DNA from: Camelus dromedarius | Lineage: Eukaryota | Direction: 5' to 3' | Assembly: GCF_036321535.1 (NCBI RefSeq) | Contig: NC_087436.1 | Span: 102,612,001-102,676,000, forward strand | Length of the DNA stretch: 64,000 bases | Shown here: piece by piece, positions 25,631 through 39,330 of the stretch | How the letters are laid out: each line of letters starts with the position of its first letter | How positions within the stretch are numbered: position 1 is the first letter of the stretch | Position numbers and translations under genes: made by a program | The notes under the pieces: generated by a model | Told to the model about the DNA's origin: nothing | Seen by the model: the letters and a program-made list of their open reading frames with translations, nothing else | Databases searched by the model: none

Positions 25631-26998
25631 AGAAACGGGGACCTGATACGCTCACTCATTCACTCTCTTCTCAAAGATTTCAAACGGTTCTAATTTTTGT
25701 AACATCTCTGCTGAGCCCTGAAATATGAGTGCTTAAAAACATAAGTGAAAGTTTTACTCTCCTGAAGAGGTTCAGAATAACTAATATATTTCATTGTTTT
25801 AGTCACCAACTTTATAAGTGTTCTATCAACATTAATCGAATGATGATCGTCCTCCAAAAGAAACAGAAAGAACAAACACATGTACTAAAAAAATTAGAGG
25901 AAGAATAACATTTACAGAAAACCTCAGTATCGTCAAGAAAGAAGTTCACTTCTTGTAACGTTTTCTTTTTACCTTGTAGTATTTGAGTCATTTTCAAATT
26001 CTTATTGTGTGTTTTTTAAAGAGTCGTTATGGAGTTTGAACACAGAGATTCATTGTCATCTAGACATAGTGTTTTTTGTTTTGTTTTGCTTTTTCGTGTT
26101 GATTCTTTTTATTTTTTTTCTTCCTTCCTAAGATGGAAGTTGCCTTGACAATCTTTCGGAGGCTTACAACAGAGGAACACACGAGCAGGGAGGGGTTAGT
26201 CATTCTCTTCGTAAGAAACAGGGATTTTTGTAATAAGAGCACAAAACAAGAGTTTCCCTGAAGGCACAAAAATAAGAGCTTAGCTTTCTAACTCTGCATG
26301 TGAAATGATTCACTAATTAGTAGCCCTAAATGTTAGGGGAAGAGAAATGGAGGAATAAATGCCACTAATATAGTGTTTTGTGTATGATGAAAGTGTTGTA
26401 TCAAACTTCACTTCTTCATGGAAAACACCATTCTGTAAAAACCTGGTCCTATAAACTGTTATTTAGGCGGGTTCCTACAGCTGCAGACTGATTAAAACAC
26501 AGCAGGTAATTCTATAGTAAACAAATGCCACCCGCTGCTGGAACAGGTGTTTGTGTCTTCATTTAGAAACCAAGGTAAATGAGAGGATGCAGAGGGGTTC
26601 GAAGAGACCATTGGCGGGATTACTAGGAGCCTGGCATTCTGTAATTCACTGCTGCTTGTCCTTGAACTTGATGCTGGGGGTTTTGATTTGATGGGTTAGT
26701 TGATGATGCCTTGAGGGTTAAGCTTCGATACAATTAGGAAGACCTATATCTTCGTGTAGGATTCCCACACTCAGTGCTGGCATTTTTTTCCCCTTTGTTT
26801 ATTGCTGACCTCTCCTCCCCCTGCACTACTTAGAAATCAATTACGGGACACAGATTATTGAGGAGAGTCCCTTTCACCTCCTAACCAGAAATAAAAAGAT
26901 GCTACATGCAGGATAAATTAAGGAACAGACTATGTTGGATAGCATGCTATGAAATTTAATGAGTTCCTTTTAAATATCACTGTCTTATGCGATATTAG

Positions 26999-27181
<183 letters not shown>

Positions 27182-27214
27182 GTACATTATCTCCATCTTT
27201 CTCTCATTCTCTCC

Positions 27215-27365
27215 ATTTATTTTTTTTAACATCTTTATAATTCCTGTACAGGAAACTACATGTATTTTAGATGTACAGTTTGATGAATTTTGATAGATGT
27301 ATACACCTACGAAACCACCACCACAATTAAGAGAGCTAACATTTCTATCACCACCCCCCAAGGAG
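27215..27365 (-). mobile_element. Old L1 (L1MB/ME-like) extreme 3' fragment inside the PYGL cassette
   Basis: tgtacagtttgatgaattttga...accaccaccacaattaag...catttctatcacc; similar to the L1 end at about 33240-33335. Confidence 0.8.
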
Positions 27366-28129
27366 TCCTCACCACTAGTCCAACGCTCTCGCCATTTGCT
27401 GAAAGGAAAAAACAATGTTACCGTCATTGTTTTAAAGATTTTCAACCTCTTTTTTTCTCCTTAAATAGTATAAATTCATGGAAGTCAAATTAGAGTGGTT
27501 TTGAGAAAGTATAACTGGAAGACTCCAGAAATCTTGGGGGCAAATAATTTTCCCAACATATTTTCAGTACTTGCTTCTTTGGGGGTGAGTCTATATTATT
27601 GCATAGATATTATTGTAAGGTCAAATAAATAAGTAAATGTGATAAAGTTTTGAGTATTTCAAAGTGCTATATAAATATAAAAGGAAGTTAAAATAGAAGT
27701 GCTGTTTGAAGCCCTTAGAAAATAGATACCATATTTTTGATGTAAGTCATAAGACGTCTGCCAAGAACTTGCAAAATATGGTAGAAGGTGGGTTTGAGTT
27801 GCTTAAAAGCTTCCAGCAGGAAGTAGGTGTTAAAAAAAAAAAAAGAGCTTTAAGGAGATCACTTGAAAGCTGATTATTGATACTGTTAAATTTTGGGATC
27901 ACAGTGGTGGTATGTGTGACTCCAACCTGGAAAATAGGGAAGAACAAAATATAGCTGTTAGCTGCTTTGACAGCATAGCAAAGGAGAAGCGGCCGCCTGA
28001 AACAACTTGTGTGCCCAAATTTTGTCAGGGAAGACAATGTTGGGTGTTTACCTTTGACCAGATTTGAACCATGATCAATAAACAGAAAGAATAACAATAC
28101 TCAGACCCGTAACTTCATCGAGGGATATT

Positions 28130-28535
28130 TTGGTTATAGTCATGCTGGGTTGTTACTGTCAAGACACATCCTATACTTTCAGAGGCTGAACAAAATAGAA
28201 TGTTATTTCAGCTTATATTAAGTCCAAGCACGTAGAAAGGAGGCTTTCTTCCTTGTAGTTTCTTTAGGGATCCAAGGTCCTTCTATTGCATGGCTACTCC
28301 AGACTTTTAGAATTTTTCTCCCCATTTAGCTGGGTGCTGGAAAGGCACATCTTACCCACTTTGATCCAGAACTGATATAGATGGGGTCTTCTTTTCAGAA
28401 CACATGTCCAAGCACAGATACAAAGGGGATGTCCCAAAATGTAGCCTCTGGCTAAGGCACCACCACGAGGAAACATCTCTACACTACGAGAGAGAAATAT
28501 GCCTCCTGGGTGGTTAGCTACCCATCTCCTCCATA
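28130..28535 (-). mobile_element. Old MaLR LTR (MLT1K/L-like)
   Basis: Weak motif similarity (tagggatccaaggtccttcta, aaatgtagcctctggcta). Confidence 0.45.
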
Positions 28536-31169
28536 AAGAAGCATACACTAGTAAGAGGGATTTCTAGGATTTTTAGGTGCCTCAGGACTGATAAAGATGT
28601 AAAGGGTCATCCAGGAAAGAGAGGTCTTCAGTCTTCTTAACAGAGTGGATGTGCAAAATGTCCTCCAAGTGGGCATGTGAGTGAATTTCCAAGGAATTCA
28701 ATATAGCACCATTGAAAGAAAGTGTCAGCATTAAAACTCTTCAGCAGCCAAAGTAAACATTTAGTTTAACGTTGGTCCAACCATTCCTTCCATGCTCCCT
28801 AAACTCTCTTCTTTTTCTATTTCCCTTGTCCTCAAGCTCAGACCCTACACTGTTGGAGTCAAAAAAAAAAAAAAAAAAAAAGTAAGAAAAAGAAAAAAAG
28901 CTGATAGCAAAATGTATAAAAGAAAGAAATAAAAGGAGAGAGAAAAGGAGGCCACCCCACCCCTCTCTCACCATAATCCTACCACATTCTCAAAAGAGAA
29001 ACTAAGAGTAGCTTGCAATACAGTTTAGGACTGTATTTTACTATTAATATATTTTGGACTAGACATTAAGTACTATCTAGAGAATTTTGGCTAACTTGAA
29101 AGTCAAAAAAAAAAAACAACAAAAAAACAAAAATAAATCTTTAATTTCAGTCAGTAACATGGGAAAATCCTTGCTCCAGAGAATGAATTTAAAGGTATAG
29201 TGAAAAAAAATACAGATATATGATTACATGTCATGAATTGTGCTTTAATCAGAGGATGGCATAAATAAGAGGTGTTGTATTGACTATATGAGAGATTGTG
29301 GTTGATCAGTTTTCTTGTTATATGTGCATTGATTTCCATACCTATAATATTTATTAAATATATATAACTGTATTTAATATACTTTTCTTCCTTACCAAAT
29401 AAGCATTATTATTCTTTGGTGATTTATGATTTGGAGGGTTTCAGAATCACTTTAAAGTAATGTAATTAGAGAAGAAATAGGACATAGTAGAAAAATTTGC
29501 TCTGTTCTTAAGCCTTTCTTAACAGTTTTCTTCCTCTTTTCCAGGTAGAATTGCTCAGTCTTTCTTGTCTTTAAATCTGTAACTTGTGTATATCTGCCCT
29601 TCTTCTTGGACTTGAGCATTTAGAAGGCAATGATCTTTGAATTTCTTTTATCTTCAATGATATCTGATATGTAGAAGGTGTGGTACAAAGAAAGACTCAC
29701 TGATTTGAAAAAGAGGCTGAAAGTTGAGGTTTTATAATAAATCCCTGAAATTATCTTTTTTCCCTCTTTTAATGAATTACTTTTCTCCCTTAAAATTGGA
29801 GCACAGAAAAAAAAAATCAGTTAATTGAGGCTTTTGAATCTTAAGTTCCTATTAATCAAAGTTTTAATGAATATAGATATAGAAGATAAAGACTTTGACA
29901 AGATGCCTCTCTCAATATGATAATGAAGATTAATTTGTAAAGTCCCTGTAGTAGAGGTCAGGTGGGAGATAAATCTCATAAGCATTCCCTACATAATCAG
30001 AATCCTGTGTTTCTTTCTCTTCTACATGACAATTTCCAGGTGATACAGAGTTGAACAACCCTAAGAAAAGGAATGTTATCTCCCATGGGGTAAGTGGCCT
30101 CAGGAAAAGTCAGCACACTTCAAGCTTGGTAGCGGTTAGGTCCTGTGCTCGGAAGAGCTTTCTGGGTATACACAACCTCTCCCAGTTTATAAGATCTGTG
30201 TTGCCATTTACCTTCAAAATCAAATTATAAAGACTTTTATATCCAAAATGAGAAAACAGGCTCTTTTAGTAAATGATTTTGCTATTAAACCACACATGTG
30301 TCTTTTTGTTAAATTTTAAATTAAATTTGTTTAAGATCTCTGATACTTTACAAAGAAGTCAGCGTGAAAGAAACCCCAAACTTCACATCTGTTGCCATTG
30401 TCAACCTAATTGACTATCTTAGGGAAGCAGGTTGTACAAGAGTCACGAAGTATGATGTGAAAGAAGTATATTATCAAGGTGTTAAATTAAGTATGAAATA
30501 ATCGTAGAGCTTCTAAATGTTCAGAGCCCTCCTGTTAAATGTGAAAGCGAATTGAATATGCTCGATATTTTTTCATACTCTTCCTTTGTCTTTGGAGGTC
30601 ACTGAAATTATTTCTGCTTGCCAATTTCCTTCCTACTAGGTAGCACATCAGAGTGGCTGCCTTGCTGAATTTCTTTGATGCTAGACATTTATGACATGCT
30701 GGACTTTCAGTGCTTGAGGCTGTTGCTAGCACATTCTCTAATTATGTTTAAATAAGAGGTTGCTGTTATATAAAATAGAAAATCTGGATTTTTAGAGCAA
30801 GACAGTTAAAACTGCATTGATGCAAATCCAAGAGCAAGGTTAAACTTTAAGCCAGTTTAGCCAAGTATAGCGATTCATTCTTCCATATTTGCCAGGGGCC
30901 ATTTTCAAGTCTTCCCTATTTTTTACCTCCCTTGACTTTAACATGTGTGCAACTCATCAGTGGCCAGTACCCTTTCAAACAGACAACCTCAGCAATTTAA
31001 ATGCAGATTTTTTGTGTGTGCTTTGTTGTTCTTGTTCAGTGACATAAGACACACAGTTGGACATTGTCTATCATTCTCTCTACAACCAATACCAAAAACC
31101 AAGTTTGTCTGTAACTCCCTGTACTATTTTTTTCTGAAACTTACCATACGGTGCAAAATGACTGACGGA

Positions 31170-31365
31170 ACACTCCTATCATGGAAAGAACATCAAAGAG
31201 AGAGAAAGGAGACAGGAACTTCAGTCTAAATTTTTTTCCCTAACTCCCGGAATGCATTGAACCAAATCACTTAAACTTCTCTGAGTTTCGGTTTCACTAT
31301 TCATAAAATGAAAACTTAGGTTGAATCATTTCTTTTTGCCCCAACTTGGCCAACTGTTCTATGAT
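31170..31365 (+). mobile_element. MIR SINE
   Basis: caaatcacttaaacttctctgagtttcggtttc..taaaatga core. Confidence 0.6.
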
Positions 31366-31641
31366 CACTATTATTATTCTGTTACCATAGCTCTGTTTAT
31401 TTTCTTGCATCCAGTATCACTCACCTGCCTTTGAATATGCTTTTTGTCCAGTGCTTGAGATAATCTGTATCTTTTTATTTTATTATCAGTTTGACTCAGA
31501 TTCAGTATTTACAAGGCAGTTGGTTTGGTTTTGAGGTCTAGCCTTTTGTCACAGAACAAAACCAAGACTGTTTGTCATATAGCAAGTGTACATACATTAA
31601 ACTTAGGATGTATGCACATATACTTAGGACCTGGCATTTAC

Positions 31642-31669
31642 GATGGATGGATGGATGGAAGGATGGATG

Positions 31670-31733
<64 letters not shown>
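31642..31733. repeat. Compound tetranucleotide STR: (GATG)n then (GATA)16
   Basis: Directly visible; pure GATA run at 31670-31733. Confidence 0.97.
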
Positions 31734-32329
31734 CTGAGTGCTTACATGGTAACTCCTTTCAACATAGTAACAATTCAGAGACTATGATGGAGAAGCTTGC
31801 AATATGCAAGGTCACAAAACCTTTTTTTTTCACTTCACTTCGAATTCAGTGTGATTTTGATTGTAAACCTCTATTTATTGCCTAGGTCCAGTTATTTCTT
31901 GAGTCTTTTCCATGTTAAATTTCTTCTTATTGATAAAGCATGTAAAGACTGAAGAAACCCAACTCCAAATTAAAGTAGATATTCAGGCTCCGTTTTTTTC
32001 CCAACACTCCATAGAAAATTATCTAAATGATCTTGGTTTATAATCAGCGCAGAAACAGCTTCCATTGTCTTCCTGCTTCTTGCACTCCCTTCCCAGAGGG
32101 GAAGAAAGACTGAGGAAAGAAACAACATGTATATAGCCTAGTCCCTGGAGCATTCGTCCTCAGGACAAAGGTCTTCTCTGTTCATTCAGGTGGTGGCACA
32201 TTCACCTGACCTTGAAAGGGAGGCCTTCAAAAGTCTAGCTGTGGAGGGTCATAGCACATTTTGTGTGCATAACTGGGCAAGTGTGTTTTAAAGACCTCAT
32301 TTGACTACAGTGCCGAGACCTGTCACCAA

Positions 32330-32700
32330 GTGAGGATAATCAGAGACAGAGAAGACATATTTAACTGTGTGTGATTTCTGTGTCTATCTATTCAGTGGTT
32401 TTGGAGCTGAGGAAGAGAGAGGAGAATTACTACTGATAATTTTAAGCCCACTCTAAATGCCTGATAGTACAGCAGCCATGTTGTAATAATGAGGCAGTAA
32501 GAATGGAACAAACAAACTACAAGAAAGCTAGAAAAAGTGAAAGCCAGAGGAGCCTGGATAACATGGAACACTGAGTAACCGGAACAAGGCGAGCCATCAC
32601 CTTGCTCCAAAGTTCACACTTCATGGCAAAAATAAACACTCTTTCTTTAACTACTATGGATTAGGTTTTCTTTTACTTTAAGTTGGAAGCAATTCTATAG
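32330..32700 (+). mobile_element. Old MaLR LTR (MLT1J/K-like)
   Basis: aaaataaacactctttctttaact...ggttttct...ggaagcaattcta 3' motif. Confidence 0.45.
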
Positions 32701-33164
32701 CACAGCTAAACATAAAATGTGTTCAGACGTGCAAGACAAATTTATATTCATTCCTTCACTCATCCATTTTTTCAATAACTGGGAATATTATTCTACTTCA
32801 TATATCTTAGTTTAGAATACACTTACTGGTTTTGTGTCTCTTTTTACCAGAATGAAACTGTATTTTCTGCTGTATCCAGGGCTTAGAATACTTTCTGCCA
32901 TAAATTGGTGCTTAATAAATAGTTACTGGGTAAATAAGTAATATATTAAGTTAAATTATCTGCTATCAACTAGGTATATAAAGAAAATTGAGGAAGCTGT
33001 ATGAAAACTCACAAATACAATTCAGGCTGACAGGGATGATATATTTTAATTGGGGGTGAGGAGTATGCTTATGGTACAATAAAAGGAATAGAATTTTCCA
33101 CTTCACAATTCACTGATCTGAAAATACTCTTTATGTCATCCCCACGGGTATCAGACTATTATCT

Positions 33165-35220
33165 GTTTTAATGACTTTTTGAAATATAATTGAAATTCAG
33201 AAGATACTTGAAATATAATTGAAATTCAGAAGATACTTGAATTGTACAATTTGATCAGTTTTGGAGTATGTGTATGCTTGTGAAATCATCACCATAATCA
33301 AGTTAGCAAATACTTCCATCACCCCAGAAAGTTCCTTTTGCTCGTTTCTAATCCCCTTCCTTCCCTCAGCTCCGTCTGCAGGTGATGACTAATTTTCTTC
33401 TGGTCATTCTAAACTGGTTTGCATTTTCTCTAATTTTATATTAATGATTCATGTCATATGTTTTAATTTTTGCTTGGCTTTCTTTCTCTCACCATAATAA
33501 TTTTAAGACTCATCATGTATGTTGCCGTGTATCAACCTTTTTTTTTTAAATGCTGTAAGTATTCTACTGTAAGAAGATACCATAATTTGGGGACAATTGG
33601 ATAGAATATAGTATAATTTGTGGATTTTTGAATCATTTGTAGTTTTGAGCAATTGCAAATATAGTTGCTCTGAACATTTTTCTATAGTGTTTGTCTGGTA
33701 TGGATATGTGCTTTTGTTCCTCTTGGCTAAATACCTAGGAATCAGCTGTCTCAGTCATACGGTAGGATATGTTCACATTTTGAGAAACTGCCAAATGTTT
33801 TCCAGTTTGGTTGGACCATTTTCACTTCCCCTCTGCAATGTGTGAGAGGTCCCATGCCCTCACATCCTGTCAACACTTGGTATTTCCTGTGTTTTCTTAA
33901 ACTTTAGCTATTTTTAAAAATATGTAGTAATATCTCACTGTGGTTTTTGGTTGGGATTTCTTTGATAACTGATGATTTCATTTTTTCATGTTCTCATTGG
34001 TCATTTGTCATCTTCTTTAATGAAGAGTCTGGTCATTTTTTTCCTGTTTTTTGCTGTGTTATATCTACTTCTTATTGAATTAAGAAAGATATTTATGCAT
34101 CTGTACATAAATTCTTTGTTGTCTGTATGTTATGAATATTTTCTACCAGTCTGTGGTTTGCCATCTTTATTTTCCTAGTCAAATGTTTTGAAGAGCTTTA
34201 ATTTTGGTGACATCCAATTTGTTATTTCTTTTCCTTGCATGGTTTTTGCTTTTTTTGTTGTTGTTGTTCTAAGAAACATTTGCCTACCATGAGTTTGCAA
34301 ATATTTTCTCCTGTTTTGTTCTAGAATTTTAATGCTTTAGGTTTTAGGTTTTATATTTAGGTCTATAATATTTTGAGTTATTTGTGTGTGGTTGATGTAA
34401 GAGTTGATGTTTATGATTTTGGGGGTGTTTTCCATGTATATGCCCAGTTGATCCAGTGACACTAATGAGACAGATCATCTTTCCCTCTGCTGAACTGTCT
34501 TTGTATCTTTGTCAGAAATCTCTGTTTTGTACAATGAATTATACTGCTATGTTTTGTCAATGCCCACTGTTTTTATTGTGGTAGCTTTATAGTTAAGTCA
34601 TAAAATCAGTATCATAATTCCAACAACATTATCTTTTTAAATTTGCATTCATAATTCTAAGTGCTGTCTAAATTTTAAAATTACCTTGCCAATTTCCACA
34701 AAAAAAATGTCTTGACAGAATTTTTATTGACATGTTTTAAATTTATAATAGACCAGTTTGGAAGACTTGTCATCATAGCAGTGAGTCTTCCACTGTATGA
34801 ACTTAATGTATATTGCCATTTATGTATTTTTTAATTTCTTCCAGCAATATTTGTAATTTTCAGAGAAGAGGTCTTGCATTTATTTTTGTGGGACATATTT
34901 TTATGTTTTCGACATTATTGAAAATAGGATTCAAAAAACACTTTTCCACTTGTTTTATGTTTGTATGTTACAATGTAGTTGATTCTTTTATATTAACCTT
35001 TTATATTCTGACCTTGCTAAGTTCAGTATTGAGTTTCAGTAGCCGTTCTGTAGTTTTGTGAATTTCCAACAGACACAAATCTGCATCTAGGGAGTTTCAC
35101 TTCCACCTTTCTCATTTTTGTAATTTTTCTTGCCTTTTTTCAGTGATTAGAACCCCAGAAAAATTTTGAATAAGAAAGTGGTGAACTAGCCATTTTGCCT
35201 TATTCCTGATTTAAGAGAAC
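33165..35220 (-). mobile_element. Ancient L1 (L1MB/ME-like) 3'UTR and ORF2 3' region
   Basis: ccatcaccccagaaagttcc, aaatacctaggaat, gaaactgccaaatgttttcca, cacatcctgtcaacacttggtatt, gtctgtggtttgcc, gagtcttccact. Confidence 0.85.
33179..33241. repeat. Perfect 29-bp tandem duplication
   Basis: gaaatataattgaaattcagaagatactt at 33181-33209 and 33210-33238. Confidence 0.95.
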
Positions 35221-35942
35221 CAATTTGTATTCAATTTATATGACCATTTTAGTAAATCCAGAAAAATCTTGGATCAGTGCATTCAGAAGTAACTATAGGA
35301 ATATTTCTGGTGAATTATTTCTAATAAGAAAAATATTAAAATAGCTTAAATATAATCAACCATATAATGGATAAATATAATGTACAATCAGCAATTAAAC
35401 TGAATCAAATTTACCTCTATGAATCAAGTAGATGAATCCATAAAAGTAAGTTTGAATAGGGGAAAAGGCAAATTTCAGAGGAATACCTTGCAACACTGAC
35501 ATCAAGATCAAAGTCAGGTGAAACTGAACAATAATTTTAAGTGACAGATAAGTAATAGTAAAATCTTTTTAAAAATCAAGGAAATGATAAATACAGATTT
35601 AAGGGCGGTGGCCTCCCCTGAGGGGTCTAAAGGAAAATGTGATGAGAAAAACATACACTGAGGTTTTTAAGTATCATTAGTGCTTTGTTTGGTAAGTTTG
35701 ATGGTGGGTAATTTTTTTTATTATTATTTGTGATAAGCAGGTTATTTAAAAGATGAAAGAAAATAGTTGTTTATCACCATCTGGGAAATAGTCAAAGGTT
35801 ATGTCCATATCTGATACCTAAAGGGTGTTTTGATAGAATTTATATACAATGAGAGCTGATAAATTCATGGACTTATATCTAAAGTTTCTAATTTTTAATA
35901 TGATTAATTTCTTTTTAGTAAAACTTTAATAAAATTTATAGA

Positions 35943-36156
35943 TACTATTTATATATAAAATAGGTAAACAACAGGGTTCTACTGTATAGCACAGAGAACT
36001 ATATTCAATATCTGATAATAAACCATAAGGAAAAATAATATGAAAAGGAATATATGATATGTATAACTGAAACATATGCTATACACCAGAAATTAACATC
36101 AATTTGTAAACAGAATGTACATCAATAAAAAATTTTAAAATTAAAAGAAAAATAAA
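35943..36156 (+). mobile_element. Artiodactyl-type L1 3' end
   Basis: ctactgtatagcacagagaactatattcaatatct, gtataactgaa, tacaccagaaattaaca, A tail. Confidence 0.85.
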
Positions 36157-38001
36157 TCTTCTCCTGAGGGTTTGAATTGCACTTAGGTATATGGATATGC
36201 ATTTAAGTGTCAAAAATGTATATGTCTACAATATATTCTGAGAATAGACTATATTTACATAGTTATGTTATAAACAGAACAAAAATGACTGAAAATATGA
36301 AAGAAGTGCCTTTTTTCTCAAGTTGAAGGATTGGATTCTTGAGCCTCTTATTATGATGCATACACTTGTGCATAAATGTTTAAAGCTGACCAACAGAAAA
36401 ATATGAAATCATGTTAATCCTCATATTTTACGGAAACTACACGTGGCAAGCTGAATCCTTTAACATAGGGTAATTATAGGATACTTTTTGAGACACAAAG
36501 GTTTTCGCATCTTAAAGTTTGCATCCTACATGTGCTACTCGTGACAGCTGTGATGCTCAAGGTAAAAACTAAATAAATGCTGCTAACAAATTCCTTGAAT
36601 TTGAGTTTGAAAAAAAATCATGGTTATTTCAGAGCCTCTACATTTAATAGAATAAAATTAACAACTGTCTTAATAGGTTAAACAGAAAATAAGCAGTTCA
36701 TGCTTTGATTAAAGGGAAAGAGTTGATCACATTGCAAGGTGCTGAGTCCCCTAGGTGCTGGACTTGGTCAGAAGTCTATCCCCCCGGGTGCAGACCTACT
36801 GGGACCCAATACCCACTAAGGTCCAACAACTAGTTTTCCCTGTTCCTGCTTCACTGGTTCCTGCTCCATGGTCCCCATACACTTGCCTAGAAGCTTCTCA
36901 CATATTCACAACTCTACCTGTCTCTTGTGATGCCTCATGTCTAAACCAATAACTACTACACCATTAGCAATGAGAAACCACTCAAGACCTTGAGTTTCAA
37001 AGCCTACATTTTCAAGAATCTGTTCTTCAAGATGATTCAGCAAAATAGTGATCACCAACCTTCAATTAGAAAGATACGGTGTCTAGGTACATTGATTTGA
37101 ATGCCAAATATGTATACATTTTTGTTACATATCTGGTTTCTCCTCTGAGATTAATTTGCAAACTAATGAATTGTGATGAAAAGCTATATTTCCTCAGAGT
37201 GAACAAAAATGTATAAATTGTGTAATATTCATAAAGAACAGAAATGTACAATCAGCTAATGTAGCACTCATACTCAGCGCACAGAGAAAGCTGACACTGT
37301 GGGATTTAGCGATGCACCAAAGATCTCAGGACAGCAAGAGCAGGGCAAGAACCTTGGGACCGCTGGCCCATAGTTGCCGGCATGAAGCCTCTTACATAAC
37401 CCTTTTGATTTACAGTACAAAATGAAGGAAACTGAGAGAGAAGTGGGAAACAGGAATACAGAATTACCTGTTACCACCTTTTGCCTTTTTTTTTCTTCTC
37501 ACTTCTATTCACAAAAAAAATCAGTTTTCCTACCCAATGTGCCCTAATAGAGTAACTTAGGGAAAAAGTTCATACCCATACAATTATTTCTAATGCCCTA
37601 GGCAATTTTATTTTTAAAACTTATTTTAAATGATAAAAAAGGAAAGGCATTTATATTTCTGCCTTATATAGTAGATTAGAAAATAGTTTTGTACCTCGGA
37701 GGATTAACAATATAAGTACACGTACAGATACAATACTTCAAAATTAGGCTTTGTTTCACTGAAGCTTTGACAGCCCATTTCCTTAGTATTTTCATCTGTA
37801 ATAAAACCTTTTTGAAGGGACAATTGTTGGCGGGGGAAGTATCTTAGAAATGTTATTCTACTTTCTACAATTATCTTTTTAAAAAGTAACATTGTGCCTC
37901 AAGCAAAGGATTTTACAAATTAAAAGTTTTGACTCACTCTCCTTGCATAGAACAACTTAAAACTTTGACAGGTTCTCAAATTGCAATTACTGAAATAATT
38001 A

Positions 38002-38406
38002 CAAGTTTCCCCCACTTTTCGAAAGTTCACTTTATGCTATTTCACTTTTACAAAAGACCTACATTAATACCTGTGTTTGCTAACTGGAAAAAAAATATCC
38101 GAAGAGAATATTCACTTTTATGAAAAAAAAAAGGTGAAAAGCTAAAATATCATTCAGTGTCTGTTTTGCAGTAAGCCATTATGAGGCACTGAGAGGGGCA
38201 CCACCAAGCCCCTCCCCGCCAAACTACAGGAGCATCTCAGCATCAAGTCATCATAACCTTGAATTGTGTCTGTGAGCATCTGTGCTTTGTCTCAATTTAT
38301 TCTCTGCATCCCTTAGCAAGATGTGTCCCAGGTAATTGCTTTTTCCTTTTACACCATTTTGGCTTAGGAAAGGAACACTCTACTTTCTGATGGTGGGGGG
38401 AAACTG
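38002..38406. mobile_element. TcMar-Tigger-type non-autonomous DNA transposon with both TIRs
   Basis: TA-caagtttcccccacttttcgaaagt ... actttctgatggtggggggaaactg-TA: imperfect TIRs flanked by TA. Confidence 0.85.
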
Positions 38407-39200
38407 TATTTGATTTAACAATAATTGTATTTTTAAGAAAAAAGACAAAAATCCACCTCGAGCATGTTTGGGATAAAGAATAAATAAATATCTTAAGCAT
38501 TTATTTACATATAAGTATTCTTATCAATATAGAGTTTCTCAGTTTCTCAGTTTAGAGTTTTCAGTGTCCTTACTGTGTCCTGGGAAGTCTAATAAAAAGC
38601 TGTAACATATACTGAAATCTCTATGATGCCTAATATTTAGTATTATAATAAGATATAATATTATTTGTTACATTCATATACAGTCTAATATCTTTTCCTA
38701 TGTAAATAATTTATTTAATTTCTCCTTTTCTGTATCTTTCCCAAATTTATTGAAGAAATTCAGTTTCATCTTCTTCCTTACTCTTCTGCATCTGAACTTA
38801 CTTGACATTATTGTTCTATTTACCTCATTTACATATTTAATTCCTGCCTTCCCACCTAAGAAGTCAATTGTCCTACATCTATAAAGTGTTCTATTGTCAT
38901 TTTATGTCCTGGATGAATATTTTCATTCTGACATCTGGTAGAATTTAAATAACTATAGAGTTCCAAGTTAGCAGAAGTGATCTGTGTTATTAACTATTTA
39001 CACAATGCTTCCAATAGGTAAAACATAATCTAGCTCTAATATGTTTTTCTTCTGTAAAAATCTATGTCTTAAACAGGGTTGCCACTGGCAAGCAGAGTCT
39101 GAGATTCTTTATCTCACATTGTACATTACCAGTTTTTCTCTACATTTGTAAATTGATTAGCTCTTTATTCCAGCTGGGATGCTTAAAAATAAGTCATTAT

Positions 39201-39330
39201 GGGCTTCCATTTTTGTGAAAATAGAGTAGAAACACTTATTTTATTCCTATCGCTAAGTACAACTAAAAACCATGGAGATTAAACATAATGCTTATCACAC
39301 ATAAAGCAAACATAAGACAACTCTGAAAGA
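39201..39330 (+). mobile_element. L1MC/MD-like 5' end fragment
   Basis: tattcctatcgctaagtacaactaaaaacc...caaacataagacaactctgaaag resembles a recalled L1MC 5'-end consensus. Confidence 0.55.

Noticed and set aside
33179..33241. CRISPR-like repeat
   Set aside because: Two adjacent copies with no spacer, in mammalian DNA.
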